Assembly: GCA_913061155.1 (NCBI GenBank)
Contig: CAJXSI010000005.1
Location: forward strand, 1 to 50,679
Length of the DNA: 50,679 nucleotides
Source: an uncultured Alphaproteobacteria bacterium
GTDB taxonomy: Bacteria; Pseudomonadota; Alphaproteobacteria; UBA7879; VGCX01
Direction: 5' to 3'
Made by a program: the position numbers and the translations under genes. The stretch's first letter is position 1. Every line of letters starts with the position of its first letter. Below, one piece after another: positions 9,801 to 20,053 of this stretch. Under the pieces are notes generated by a model, which worked only from the letters and a program-made list of their open reading frames with translations, did no database searches and was not told where the DNA came from.

Positions 9801-11512
9801 AATGGCCTTGGGTCCCTTGTAAATTGATTATAAAGTCGATGGTCGGCATCAGGTATTTTATGGCTATCCACAATTGTTGCTTTAATAAAAATAACCAGTT
9901 CTGTAACAGTTTGGGAATCCCTTTTGGCCCGGGTTAGGAAACTGAAAAACTGCGATTTTGTCCCAGGAACACCAGCATCCACATTTTCTGATCCCTCCAC
10001 CATAAGGCCGCCCAAAATGGCCACTTGACCTGATTTAAGCTTCATAATTGAATCAATTTCCCGTACAGCCACCACAGGAACTTCTGAATTAATTTGGTCA
10101 CCGCCTGGATTTAAAGAGTTATTAATAATTGCAACAGATGGATCCGACTTTGATCCGATCACCCGCGAAATTGTTGGGCGTAGATTGATGATTATTTCAT
10201 CTTTATCCTGATCAATGGCTGGCTGAACAGCCATAACAAACCCAATCGGGATACTTTGAATTGTACTGCGGGACGCCACCACCAAACCATTATCGTTTGT
10301 GCCGTTACCCCTTATCGCATTCAAATAATGGCGGTCATATTCCACTGTGAAAAACACATGATTTTCCGCGACTTTAAGCAAAGCTGTTTGGTTATTCATG
10401 ACCGTTAACCGTGGACTGGATAAAGTTCGGATTGTCCCAAATGATTCCATCATATTTAAGATTGATGAAAAATCTTTGCCATCAATGCCAACTGTTGTCA
10501 CACCAGATGCGACCGGATTACTGACAATAGTCGATGGCATTCTTGCAATACTTCCCAATTTTGCATTGGCAATAAAATCCCCCTTTGTAATGGATGACCA
10601 ATCAATCCCACTTTTGAATTCTTCTTTTAAAGAAACTTCAACAACTTTGGCCTCAATTAAAATTTGGCTGTTGGTATTCCGGCGCAGACGATTAATAAAC
10701 TTTCCAACCTCTCGCTGATGTTTTTTATCGGTATAAACACTGATCAAGCCTGATTGCTTGTTAATGGTAAAATAGGTTTTTTTACGCACCCGTTTTTTCT
10801 GTTCAGGTTCTTTGTCTGCTGTTGGGGGCGAATCTTCCTCTATAATCTGGGCTTGCTCTGTATAAATATTATTACTTGAATCCAGAACGCTTTCTAAATT
10901 TAATTTAATTTCTTCCCAAAAATCATTTTCCCCTAACGTATCAAGTTTGGTACTGGAACCATTATTGGCCATGATGCCTTTTTTCTGTTCATTTGAAAAT
11001 AACTGTGTACTTGTGGAAACGTTCATCTGGCTTTTCCGGGAAACAGACAAAAACTGAATGTCGTATGTTTCCAAGTATGGCATATCTTTTTCCACCTTTA
11101 AAAGACCGTTTTCAAATGTGTATCTTAAATTTAAAATCTCACACAGATTATCAATGGCCTGATACAAAGGCTGACCCTTTGTTTTATAAATCAAACTGCC
11201 CGATACGTTCTTTGCAATTAAAACATTTATATCTGTTTGTTCAGCAATTTTTTGAAATATCTTTGGAATACTGACATCTTTTGTAATATTCAAAGAAACT
11301 TCTTGTTGTAATTCTTCTGGAATTTCTGGTTCGTTATCTTCGATAAAAGGGGGGATTTCAGGTTCCAACGGCACAGGACTTGCAGGGTCGGTAAGTTTTT
11401 TATAATCTTCTTGGGTTTTATCCATAACAGAATCATGCTGTGTAAACGGTGTACATTGCATCAAAAAAAGGATGGAGATTAAGGCCCCTATTGTGTTAGC
11501 TTTATTTTTCAT
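9785..11512 (-). CDS. Outer-membrane secretin (MshL/GspD/PilQ family)
   Basis: QILIEAKVVEV, GIDW, LSSPRLTVMNNQTA, ILGGLM, TELVIFIKATI; N-terminal Cys (LMQC) suggests a lipoprotein; ATG start chosen (ORF track starts at 11536). Confidence 0.93.
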   Translation of the reverse strand: MKNKANTIGALISILFLMQCTPFTQHDSVMDKTQEDYKKLTDPASPVPLEPEIPPFIEDNEPEIPEELQQEVSLNITKDVSIPKIFQKIAEQTDINVLIAKNVSGSLIYKTKGQPLYQAIDNLCEILNLRYTFENGLLKVEKDMPYLETYDIQFLSVSRKSQMNVSTSTQLFSNEQKKGIMANNGSSTKLDTLGENDFWEEIKLNLESVLDSSNNIYTEQAQIIEEDSPPTADKEPEQKKRVRKKTYFTINKQSGLISVYTDKKHQREVGKFINRLRRNTNSQILIEAKVVEVSLKEEFKSGIDWSSITKGDFIANAKLGSIARMPSTIVSNPVASGVTTVGIDGKDFSSILNMMESFGTIRTLSSPRLTVMNNQTALLKVAENHVFFTVEYDRHYLNAIRGNGTNDNGLVVASRSTIQSIPIGFVMAVQPAIDQDKDEIIINLRPTISRVIGSKSDPSVAIINNSLNPGGDQINSEVPVVAVREIDSIMKLKSGQVAILGGLMVEGSENVDAGVPGTKSQFFSFLTRAKRDSQTVTELVIFIKATIVDSHKIPDADHRLYNQFTRDPRPLWQSK

Positions 11513-11718
11513 TCTATTTTCAACTAAGATACGCAAAAAAACTTTTTTTGCAATTATTTTTAGGAAAATAAGGGGAAATGAAAATTCTTGAAAAATGTTA
11601 GATAAAACGGCATCTTATAGATTATGAAAGTATCACCGTATTTTAAAAGTATTTGGGCAAGGGTATCATCTGTTGTTATCCCTATTACCATAATTTGGTT
11701 ATTAATTTGGATCGCATA

Positions 11719-12447
11719 ATGCCAGCACATGATCACTCGAACAATATAATTATAAATGACCTACATGTTCATTACGGCGCCACAATTGCCCTTAATGGCA
11801 TTAAGGGTGAGATAGAGCCAGGAAGCTTAACGGCCGTTGTCGGGCCCAATGGTGGGGGCAAAAGCACCTTTATCAAAGCTTTGGCTGGCATATTAAAACC
11901 ATCAACTGGGGGAATTATCCACCAATGCAAAGATACATGTGACAGTGCCTATCTTCCCCAATATACAGCTGTTGATCATGATTTCCCTGTTACAGTTGAA
12001 GAAGTTATCAGCATGGGCCTTTGGCGAAAAATTGGCGCCTTCAAAGGTTTTTCAAAAGACAATCGTGCCTTAATTCACAAAGCCACCCGCCAAGTTGGAT
12101 TGGAAGGCATGGAACAACGCTTAATCAAAACATTATCCGGAGGCCAGTTCCAGCGCATGCTTTTTGCCAGAATTATTCTGGAAGATTCGTCTTTGATTAT
12201 TTTGGATGAACCCTTTACAGCCATTGATGTCCACACATCAGAGGCCCTGATTAAGCTTATCGAGGATTGGCATAAAAGTGGCAAAACAATCTTACTGGTC
12301 CTGCATGATTTGCAAATGGCCAAAAAATACTTTGATAAAACAATTATTTTGGCGCGCGAATGTATTGCCTGGGGGGATACAAAAAAAGTACTGACCGAAG
12401 ATAATATTTCTTTGTCCTATCAAAATTTGTTAAGGGGTCCATCATGA
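11719..12447 (+). CDS. Zn/Mn ABC transporter ATP-binding subunit
   Basis: GPNGGGKST, AYLPQ, LSGGQFQR, LDEPF; ATG at 11719 preferred to TTG at 11653. Confidence 0.92.
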   Translation: MPAHDHSNNIIINDLHVHYGATIALNGIKGEIEPGSLTAVVGPNGGGKSTFIKALAGILKPSTGGIIHQCKDTCDSAYLPQYTAVDHDFPVTVEEVISMGLWRKIGAFKGFSKDNRALIHKATRQVGLEGMEQRLIKTLSGGQFQRMLFARIILEDSSLIILDEPFTAIDVHTSEALIKLIEDWHKSGKTILLVLHDLQMAKKYFDKTIILARECIAWGDTKKVLTEDNISLSYQNLLRGPS

Positions 12448-13295
12448 TTTGGGATTGGTTATTTGCACCTTTTGAATATCAATTTATGCGGAATGCCTTA
12501 CTCAGCACTTTATGTTTGGGCATTGGGGCCGGACCTGTGGGTGTGTTACTTGTTTTGCGCCGCATGAGTTTAATGGGCGACGCCCTGTCCCATGCGGTTC
12601 TACCTGGGGCGGCCCTTGGATATATCTTTGTGGGCTTATCTTTGCCCGCCCTTAGTTTTGGGGGTTTTTTGGCAGGCCTGATAGTGGCTTTACTGGCTGG
12701 CATGGTTTCCCGCATGACTCATTTAAAAGAAGACGCCAGCTTTGCTGGATTCTTTTTAATATCTTTGGCTTTGGGGGTTTTAATTATCTCTTTACGCAAC
12801 AGTTCCGTTGATTTAATGAATATCTTGTTTGGGTCTGCCTTGGCTGTTGATTATCCTTCTTTGATTTTAATTGCCGCCATCACATCCATCACCCTATTAA
12901 CTTTGGCCGTTATCTATCGACCTTTGGTTGTGGAATGTTTTGATCCCAATTTCTTTCGCTTAATTCATGGACATGGATCTTTTTATCACATTATTTTCTT
13001 AGTCCTGGTTGTTATGAATTTGGTGGCTGGATTTCAATCAATGGGAACGCTTTTATCCTTGGGCATTATGATGTTACCCGCAACCTCTGCCCGTTTCTGG
13101 GCAGCGCATATATGGCCGATGTTTATTATTTCTGTCCTTATTGCTGTTGTATCTGGGTACTTTGGTCTGTTAATTTCGTACCATCTGAACTTCCCAAGCG
13201 GCCCATGCATTGTCTTGACGGCAGGGGTTATATACATTATATCTTTCTTATTCGGCCGAAATGGCAGTTTTTTAACCCACTTAAAACCCAGGTAA
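12444..13295 (+). CDS. Zn/Mn ABC transporter permease
   Basis: LRRMSLMGDALSHAVLPG signature; multiple TMs. Confidence 0.93.
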   Translation: MIWDWLFAPFEYQFMRNALLSTLCLGIGAGPVGVLLVLRRMSLMGDALSHAVLPGAALGYIFVGLSLPALSFGGFLAGLIVALLAGMVSRMTHLKEDASFAGFFLISLALGVLIISLRNSSVDLMNILFGSALAVDYPSLILIAAITSITLLTLAVIYRPLVVECFDPNFFRLIHGHGSFYHIIFLVLVVMNLVAGFQSMGTLLSLGIMMLPATSARFWAAHIWPMFIISVLIAVVSGYFGLLISYHLNFPSGPCIVLTAGVIYIISFLFGRNGSFLTHLKPR

Positions 13296-13299
13296 CCTT

Positions 13300-14202
13300 A
13301 TGAAAAAAATTCTTTTTGCCTTCGTCGCAGCTTTGTTTATTGCGCCAAATACATCTGTTGCAAACCTTGACTGTTCTGACCCCAAAATCAAAGTTGTGGC
13401 AAGTTTCAGCATTCTGGCCGACATTGTTAAAAATGTTGGGGGCGAAAAAGTTACCATCCAATCCATTGTTGGACCAAATGGGGATGCCCACGTTTTTGAA
13501 CCCCGACCTGATGACATTAAATTAATCAATGATGCAGATATTGTTTTCACCAATGGTATGGGCTTTGAAGGATGGATTGATCGCTTAATCAAGGCATCTG
13601 GCTTTAAAGGGCCTGTTATTATCAGTACGGAAAATATTCATCCCCGCCTTGTGTTTGAAGGAAAATTAATCGAAGATCCCCATGCCTGGCACAGCATCAG
13701 TAATATCAAAATATATATCTATAATATTACAAAAGCCTTAAAGGATTTGGATTCTGAAAATGCTGGTTATTATGAAAAAAATGCCCAAAATTATATCGAA
13801 AAATTAAATGATCTGGATAGGGAAATCCGCACTGTTGTTGATCAAATCCCGCCCCCTAAACGCAAAGTGATCACAGCCCATGATGCCTTTGGGTATTTTG
13901 GAAACACCTATGGTATTCAGTTCCTTGCCCCAATCGGCACAAGCACTGGCTGTGAAGCCAGAGTTAAAAATATCATCAGCCTAATTAAACAAATCAAAGA
14001 ATATGGCGTTAAAACAATCTTTGTTGAAAATGTAACAAACCCAAAGATTATCCAACAAATATCCCGGGAAACAGGGGCAAAAATTGGGGATCCACTTTAT
14101 TCAGATGCTTTGTCTGAACCCAGTGGCCCCGCCGCATCTTACTTTGATATGATGCGCTATAACTCTAAGCAGTTAATTGACTCTATGAATGAAATTTCAT
14201 AA
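13300..14202 (+). CDS. Zn/Mn ABC transporter substrate-binding protein (TroA/AztC-like)
   Basis: Signal peptide; metal ligands in DAHVFEP, DPHAW, HDAFGYF and SDAL. Confidence 0.93.
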   Translation: MKKILFAFVAALFIAPNTSVANLDCSDPKIKVVASFSILADIVKNVGGEKVTIQSIVGPNGDAHVFEPRPDDIKLINDADIVFTNGMGFEGWIDRLIKASGFKGPVIISTENIHPRLVFEGKLIEDPHAWHSISNIKIYIYNITKALKDLDSENAGYYEKNAQNYIEKLNDLDREIRTVVDQIPPPKRKVITAHDAFGYFGNTYGIQFLAPIGTSTGCEARVKNIISLIKQIKEYGVKTIFVENVTNPKIIQQISRETGAKIGDPLYSDALSEPSGPAASYFDMMRYNSKQLIDSMNEIS

Positions 14203-14247
14203 AAAAAGCCGTCTTGTCATGGCCTGGTAATTTGGTATCATTAGGGT

Positions 14248-15138
14248 ATGACACATACAACAGGCTGGATTTTATTTCACATCATTATATTTTCAATTCT
14301 TGCATTTGACCTGGGCGTCTTAAATAAACGGGCGCGGGTGATTTCTTTTAAAGAATCCATAAGTTGGGTGGGGGTTTGGTTTATATTTGCCATGCTGTTC
14401 AATGGCTATATATACCTTACACAAGGCCTTGAAAAATCTACAGAATTTCTAACTATTTACGTTATTGAAGCCTCCCTTAGTATTGATAATATTTTTGTCT
14501 TTTTAATGTTTTTCAAGCAATTTAAGGTACCTGAAAACTTAAGATACCGTGTTTTATTCTGGGGAATTTTTGGCGCCATTCTTTTAAGGGGCCTTTTCAT
14601 TTTGGCCGGGGTTGAATTAATTGAAAATTTTGAATGGTTAAATTATGTGTTTGGATTGGTTTTAATGTACGGCAGTTATCGCATGTTGGTATCAAATCCC
14701 GCCGATACAGTCCCCAGTAAATGGCTTAGTATTTGTAAAAAATTTATCCCCCTTACCAAGGGTTTCCATAAACAAAATTTCTTTGTTAAAAAAAATAATA
14801 AATGGCTGGTGACCCCTTTATTTTTATGCTTACTTGCCATTGAATTTTCAGATGTTATTTTTGCCTTTGATTCAATTCCAGCCGCCCTTGCGATCAGCCA
14901 AGATAAATTTATTGTGTACACGGCCAACATATTTTCAATTTTGGGACTACGGTCTTTATACTTTGCCGTTTCGCATTTTGTTGCAGGGTTTGTTTATTTG
15001 AAATATTCTTTAAGTCTGATTTTATTATTCGTCGGAACAAAGATTTTAATTTCACCCTTATATGAAATCCCAAGCTTGCTATCCCTATTAATAATCACAA
15101 CGATTGCCGGCCTGGGGTTCTTAAAAAGGAAGACTTAG
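14248..15138 (+). CDS. TerC/Alx family membrane protein
   Basis: EASLSIDNIFVF, VLFWGIFGAILLRG, DVIFAFDSIPA, NIFSILGLRSLYF. Confidence 0.93.
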   Translation: MTHTTGWILFHIIIFSILAFDLGVLNKRARVISFKESISWVGVWFIFAMLFNGYIYLTQGLEKSTEFLTIYVIEASLSIDNIFVFLMFFKQFKVPENLRYRVLFWGIFGAILLRGLFILAGVELIENFEWLNYVFGLVLMYGSYRMLVSNPADTVPSKWLSICKKFIPLTKGFHKQNFFVKKNNKWLVTPLFLCLLAIEFSDVIFAFDSIPAALAISQDKFIVYTANIFSILGLRSLYFAVSHFVAGFVYLKYSLSLILLFVGTKILISPLYEIPSLLSLLIITTIAGLGFLKRKT

Positions 15139-15782
15139 TTAGGCCCAGCTTTTCTTTTCTTAATGTAGGCTTCAATAAGTTGGGAAACATCCCTAAGCTT
15201 GTTTGTATAAAAATGATCGGCCCCATTAACCATATTCAAGTCTATTTCAATACCACGTTGGTCAGACAAGCGTTTTGCCAGGTCTTCCACAGATTTGTGC
15301 TCCACGACATCATCCGAAGTCCCCTGGATCATTAATCCTGAAACAGGGCAAGGGGCCAAAAAGTTAAAGTCATACATATTGGCCGGTGGAGATATAGAAA
15401 TAAATCCCTGAAGTTCTGGACGACGCATTAATAATTGCATCCCAATCCAAGCCCCAAATGAAAATCCAGCCACCCAAAAATCATTCGTATCTGGGTTTTG
15501 GGTTTGCAACCAATCTAAAATTGCCGCTGCATCTGCAAGTTCCCCTTCGCCATTATCAAAGGATCCTTCGGATTTTCCAACCCCTCTGAAATTAAAGCGC
15601 ATAACAGTAAAGCCCAGGTTTTTAAAAGTTTGATGGGCAACATACGTAACCTTATTATTCATTGTGCCACCATGAAGGGGGTGCGGGTGTAAAACCAAGG
15701 CAACGGGCGCCCCTTCAGTTTTACTTTTTTGATAGCGTCCTTCAAGACGTCCTGATGGACCTGGAATAATTATTTCTGCCAT
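15135..15782 (-). CDS. Alpha/beta hydrolase typically found divergent from alphaproteobacterial Fe-S operons
   Basis: LHPHPLHGGTMNN, RFNFRGVG, GFSFG, FLAPCP, GADHF. Confidence 0.9.
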   Translation of the reverse strand: MAEIIIPGPSGRLEGRYQKSKTEGAPVALVLHPHPLHGGTMNNKVTYVAHQTFKNLGFTVMRFNFRGVGKSEGSFDNGEGELADAAAILDWLQTQNPDTNDFWVAGFSFGAWIGMQLLMRRPELQGFISISPPANMYDFNFLAPCPVSGLMIQGTSDDVVEHKSVEDLAKRLSDQRGIEIDLNMVNGADHFYTNKLRDVSQLIEAYIKKRKAGPN

Positions 15783-15840
15783 GTATATCCTACTATTCTA
15801 ATATGGTTTTTATATCTTGCTAAGCAAATACATCATTATC

Positions 15841-15865
15841 AATCTTGACTTAAATAGTCAGAATT
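15841..15865. promoter_or_regulatory. IscR type-1-like operator
   Basis: AATCTTGACT-TAAAT-AGTCAGAATT has the GACT-N5-AGTC core, directly upstream of the Rrf2 gene. Confidence 0.7.
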
Positions 15866-15922
15866 GTTATTTGTTATCCAATAGGCGCATTATATAAGGA
15901 TTTCAAAAGGAATACAAGCATC

Positions 15923-16405
15923 ATGAAACTTGGGACCAAAGGAAGATATGCTGTTATGGCAGTTGTTGATCTGGCAAAGCATGGATCAGACAAGCCCATT
16001 TCCCTTTCTGAAATTTCAGAACGCCAAGAAATTTCGTTAAGTTACCTTGAACAATTATTCAGCAAGTTACGGAAATCTTCGATTGTTTTAAGCGCTAGGG
16101 GCGCGCAAGGGGGGTATACCTTGGCCCGAAATGCCAGCCACATTACGATTGCAGAAATTGTCAGTGCCGCCGAAGAACCCTTACGCTTAACACGCTGCAG
16201 TAAGATAATTGGGAATGGCTGTATGAGTAGTAATTCAAGATGCTTAACCCATAATTTGTGGGAAGAATTAGGGAATCATATTTATGAATTTCTGGATTCT
16301 GTAACATTGGATGATGTCTTAAATAAAAATACGGGTCAAAGCATGGTTAATTTATTTGCCAAAAATCCAGAAGAATACCCTAAAAAGATAAGTATAAATG
16401 AATAA
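15923..16405 (+). CDS. iscR: Rrf2-family regulator IscR
   Basis: MKLGTKGRYAV, SLSYLEQLF, RGAQGGY, three Cys plus His (C..C..CLTH). Confidence 0.88.
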   Translation: MKLGTKGRYAVMAVVDLAKHGSDKPISLSEISERQEISLSYLEQLFSKLRKSSIVLSARGAQGGYTLARNASHITIAEIVSAAEEPLRLTRCSKIIGNGCMSSNSRCLTHNLWEELGNHIYEFLDSVTLDDVLNKNTGQSMVNLFAKNPEEYPKKISINE

Positions 16406-17543
16406 ATTTGATTGCATATATTTGGATTATAACGCCACAGCGCCCATTCTGCCTGCTGTTGCTGACTGCATGGCTGAAGCCATGAAAAGGCATCCTTCTA
16501 ATGCGTCATCTATGCATCGCTATGGTCAACAGGCAAAAAAATTAATGACGCACAGTCGCCAGATACTGGCGTCCCATATTGATTGCCCGCCTGAATATAT
16601 TATATTTACAAGCGGGGGAACCGAAGCCAATAACATGGCCTTAAAAGGCTATGACTGGGATCATGTGATTTTGTCATCCATTGAACATGATTCAATTTTT
16701 AAAAGTCATTTAAACCCGACCCTTATCCCTGTTGATTCACAAGGCCTTGTGAATATGGAAGAACTGAAAAAAGAACTGGAAAAGATTCAGGGGAAAATTT
16801 TGGTCTCTATTATTTACGCCAATAATGAAACAGGGGTTATTCAGTCCATCCAAAAGATTGCCGATATTGTTCATCATTATGGGGGTCTTCTTCATATTGA
16901 TGCGGCCCAAGCTTTGGGAAAAATCCCCTTTTCTTTCAAAGAAACAAGGGCTGATATGGCCACCTTATGTTTCCATAAAATTGGCGGCCCAATTGGTGTG
17001 GGGGCATTGGTTGTTAAGGAATCTGTTCCTTTATCTGCGCTGTTAAATGGTGGCGGGCAAGAACGTAATCGCCGGTCAGGAACAGAAAATATTCCTGCCA
17101 TCCTGGGAATTGAAGAAACACTGAAATCAATTTGTTTTGATGAAATGAATAAACGACAAAAATGGCATCTGGAAATGGAAACAGCCATGGAAAAACTTTT
17201 GAAAGCACACGGGGATACCCCTTATATATTTTCAAAACAAGCCAACAGGTTGCCAAACATCACAACGATTGCCCTTTCTGGCCTGGAAAATGTTACCCAA
17301 GTTATCAACCTTGATCTTGCTGGATTTGCTGTTAGCATGGGGTCTGCTTGTTCCTCTGGACGGGTTAAAAAAATATCGCGCCCTTTACAAGGTATCTGCC
17401 AAAATGATGTCCTGGCGCAATCAAGTATTCGCATAAGCACAGGCTGGGATACAAAAGAAACTGATTTAAGGGATTTCTTTAACGCATGGAAAAAACTATA
17501 TTTATTAAGTAAGAAAAAGGTGAAGGATGACACAGCTGCATAA
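16398..17543 (+). CDS. Cysteine desulfurase, second NifS/IscS-like paralogue
   Basis: [30 protein letters not shown]. Confidence 0.9.
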   Translation: MNKFDCIYLDYNATAPILPAVADCMAEAMKRHPSNASSMHRYGQQAKKLMTHSRQILASHIDCPPEYIIFTSGGTEANNMALKGYDWDHVILSSIEHDSIFKSHLNPTLIPVDSQGLVNMEELKKELEKIQGKILVSIIYANNETGVIQSIQKIADIVHHYGGLLHIDAAQALGKIPFSFKETRADMATLCFHKIGGPIGVGALVVKESVPLSALLNGGGQERNRRSGTENIPAILGIEETLKSICFDEMNKRQKWHLEMETAMEKLLKAHGDTPYIFSKQANRLPNITTIALSGLENVTQVINLDLAGFAVSMGSACSSGRVKKISRPLQGICQNDVLAQSSIRISTGWDTKETDLRDFFNAWKKLYLLSKKKVKDDTAA

Positions 17544-18750
17544 AAAACTAATTTATTTAGATTATCAATCTACAACACCCTGCGACCCACGGGTTGTTGA
17601 AGCAATGATGCCTTGTTTTGCAGATATCTATGGAAATCCGCATTCACGAAATCATGGGTTTGGATGGGATGCAGAAGAGGCCGTCGAAAAAGGCCGTCAG
17701 CAAGTTGCGGATATTATTGGGGCATCTTCAAAGGAAATTATCTTTACAAGTGGGGCGACAGAAGCAAACAACTTGGCCTTAAAGGGAACCTTGGATTTTT
17801 ATGGGGACAAAAAAAATCATATTATTACCTGCACGACTGAACATAAATGTGTTCTGGATACGTGTCGTATTTTGGAACAAAAGGGTTTTAAAATCACTTA
17901 TTTACCTGTTCAAAAAAATGGCTTAGTTGATCTTAATAAATTGGAAGAAGCCATGACTGATAAAACTTTATTAGTATCAATTATGGCCGTTCATAATGAA
18001 ATTGGGGTTATTCAGCCTTTGAAAGAAATTGGGGCATTATGTCGCAAAAAAGGGGTTTTCTTTCATACAGATGCGGCCCAAGCTGTTGGGAAAATTCCTT
18101 TGGATGTCAATGAAATGAATATCGATTTGATGAGTATTTCTGGCCACAAGTTATATGGACCAAAAGGTATTGGTGCCTTGTATGTTCGCCGCAAACCCAG
18201 GGTTCGGGTGTTGGCCCAAATTAACGGTGGGGGCCAAGAACGTGGGATGCGGTCAGGGACCCTTTCCCCCGCCTTATGTGCCGGATTTGGAAAGGCCTGT
18301 GAAATTGCCCAAAATGAAATGGCCGAAGAAAACAAAAAACTTATGGATCTGCGGATACGCTTTTACGACAAAATCATGAAGTCCCTTCCCCAGGTATACC
18401 TGAATGGGGATTTGGACCAGAGAATCGCCGGGAACCTTAACTTAAGCTTTGCCCACGTTGAAGGCGAAGGGTTAATGATGGGCATTAAAGACCTGGCTGT
18501 TTCGTCTGGATCGGCCTGTACATCAGCGTCCCTGGAACCTTCCTATGTATTGAAAGCCTTAGGCGTCGGCGAAGATTTGGCCCACACTTCCTTAAGAATT
18601 GGGATTGGGCGATTTACAACCAAAGAAGAAATCGACTATGCAGCTGACAATATTATCAAAGCTGTCAATAAACTACGTGAAATGAGCCCACTATGGGAAA
18701 TGGCCCAAGCAGGAATTGATATCAATTCTATCGAATGGGCAGGACATTAA
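17527..18750 (+). CDS. iscS: Cysteine desulfurase IscS
   Basis: [34 protein letters not shown]-terminal SPLWEM...IEWAGH. Confidence 0.96.
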   Translation: MTQLHKKLIYLDYQSTTPCDPRVVEAMMPCFADIYGNPHSRNHGFGWDAEEAVEKGRQQVADIIGASSKEIIFTSGATEANNLALKGTLDFYGDKKNHIITCTTEHKCVLDTCRILEQKGFKITYLPVQKNGLVDLNKLEEAMTDKTLLVSIMAVHNEIGVIQPLKEIGALCRKKGVFFHTDAAQAVGKIPLDVNEMNIDLMSISGHKLYGPKGIGALYVRRKPRVRVLAQINGGGQERGMRSGTLSPALCAGFGKACEIAQNEMAEENKKLMDLRIRFYDKIMKSLPQVYLNGDLDQRIAGNLNLSFAHVEGEGLMMGIKDLAVSSGSACTSASLEPSYVLKALGVGEDLAHTSLRIGIGRFTTKEEIDYAADNIIKAVNKLREMSPLWEMAQAGIDINSIEWAGH

Positions 18751-18761
18751 AAGAGGATAAA

Positions 18762-19142
18762 ATGGCATACAGTAATAAAGTAATTGATCACTATGAAAAC
18801 CCCAGAAATGTTGGGGCCTTCGACGATAAAGAAAAAAATGTTGGTACTGGTTTAGTTGGCGCCCCTGCTTGCGGTGACGTTATGCGGTTGCAAATAAAAG
18901 TAAGCGAAGATGGCCGTATTGAAGATGCCAAATTTAAAACATTTGGCTGTGGATCTGCGATTGCATCCAGTTCTTTGACAACTGAAATGTTAAAAGGCAT
19001 GACATTGGACGAAGCCCAACAAATTAAAAATACATCAATTGTCGAAGAATTGGCTTTGCCGCCCGTTAAAATTCACTGCTCTGTATTGGCCGAAGATGCC
19101 ATCAAGGCAGCGATAAAAGATTACAAAGGTAAAAATGGCTAA
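18762..19142 (+). CDS. iscU: Fe-S scaffold IscU
   Basis: MAYSNKVIDHYENPRNVG, APACGD, FGCGSA, LPPVKIHC; start follows a GAGGA RBS. Confidence 0.97.
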   Translation: MAYSNKVIDHYENPRNVGAFDDKEKNVGTGLVGAPACGDVMRLQIKVSEDGRIEDAKFKTFGCGSAIASSSLTTEMLKGMTLDEAQQIKNTSIVEELALPPVKIHCSVLAEDAIKAAIKDYKGKNG

Positions 19143-19473
19143 GAAAACCCCCATTACAGTTACCCAAGCTGCAGCGGATCAAATAAGAAACCTTTTGGAC
19201 CAAAGGGGCAAACCTTCCGTGGGAATTCGTGTTGGGATTCGAACACGGGGGTGTTCTGGGCATTCTTACACCTTGGAATATGCCGATGATATCCAACCGA
19301 TGGACGAAGTTGTTGACTTAAATGGGGTAAAGATTTTAATTGATCCCAAAGCCATTTTATTTGTTTTGGGAACAGAAATGGATTTTGTTGAAGAAGACCT
19401 TGAAAACGGATTCAAATTTCAAAATCCCAACGAAAAAGGCCGCTGTGGATGCGGGGAATCCTTTCATGTATAA
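19135..19473 (+). CDS. iscA: A-type Fe-S carrier IscA
   Basis: GCSG and NPNEKGRCGCGESF. Confidence 0.95.
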   Translation: MAKKTPITVTQAAADQIRNLLDQRGKPSVGIRVGIRTRGCSGHSYTLEYADDIQPMDEVVDLNGVKILIDPKAILFVLGTEMDFVEEDLENGFKFQNPNEKGRCGCGESFHV

Positions 19474-20053
19474 ATGCTGGAACTGTCAAAATGATGGACA
19501 GAATCTTGTGCGATGCGAACACTGTCATTCTATCCAGCCCTTAATGCCTGTGAATGCCTTTGAAACTTTGGGTATGTCGCCTGAATATGATATTAACTTG
19601 GACACACTTTCCAATCATTACTTAGAACGCCAACGCCTGGTTCATCCAGATAGGTTTATTTCAAAACCATCCGAAGAAAAACTTTATGCCCAACAACATT
19701 CGTCTTATTTAAATCAGTGTTATCAAACACTTAAAGATAATATTTCCCGGGCCGAGGCTTTGCTTGATTATCACAAAACCCCCTTTGATTCAGCTGAAAA
19801 TACAATTCAAGACCCCGTCTTACTGCATGAAAGTATGGACCATCGGGAAAAATTAATGATGATGGATACCAAGGAACAACTTTATAATTTCAAACAAGAT
19901 ATTGAAAATATTATTAAGGCTGTTGTTCTTGAAATGAAGAATAATTTAGATGCCTTAAAAGATTTTCACAAAGCCAAAAAATTAATCTTAAGGTTAAAAT
20001 ATTTGGAAAAATTATTAACTGAAATCAAACAAAAGGAAGCCGCTGATTCATGA
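19466..20053 (+). CDS. hscB: Co-chaperone HscB with N-terminal tetracysteine domain
   Basis: CWNC..CEHC, J-domain HPD, C-terminal LKYLEK; true start is likely the ATG at 19466. Confidence 0.9.
   Translation: MYKCWNCQNDGQNLVRCEHCHSIQPLMPVNAFETLGMSPEYDINLDTLSNHYLERQRLVHPDRFISKPSEEKLYAQQHSSYLNQCYQTLKDNISRAEALLDYHKTPFDSAENTIQDPVLLHESMDHREKLMMMDTKEQLYNFKQDIENIIKAVVLEMKNNLDALKDFHKAKKLILRLKYLEKLLTEIKQKEAADS

Noticed and set aside
11670-11692. Possible Zur box upstream of the metal ABC operon
   Set aside because: Only one half-site (TGTTAT) is good; spacing and the second half do not fit the palindrome.
19340-19465. N-terminal extension of HscB in the ORF track
   Set aside because: Overlaps iscA in another frame; the ATG at 19466 fits the family start.
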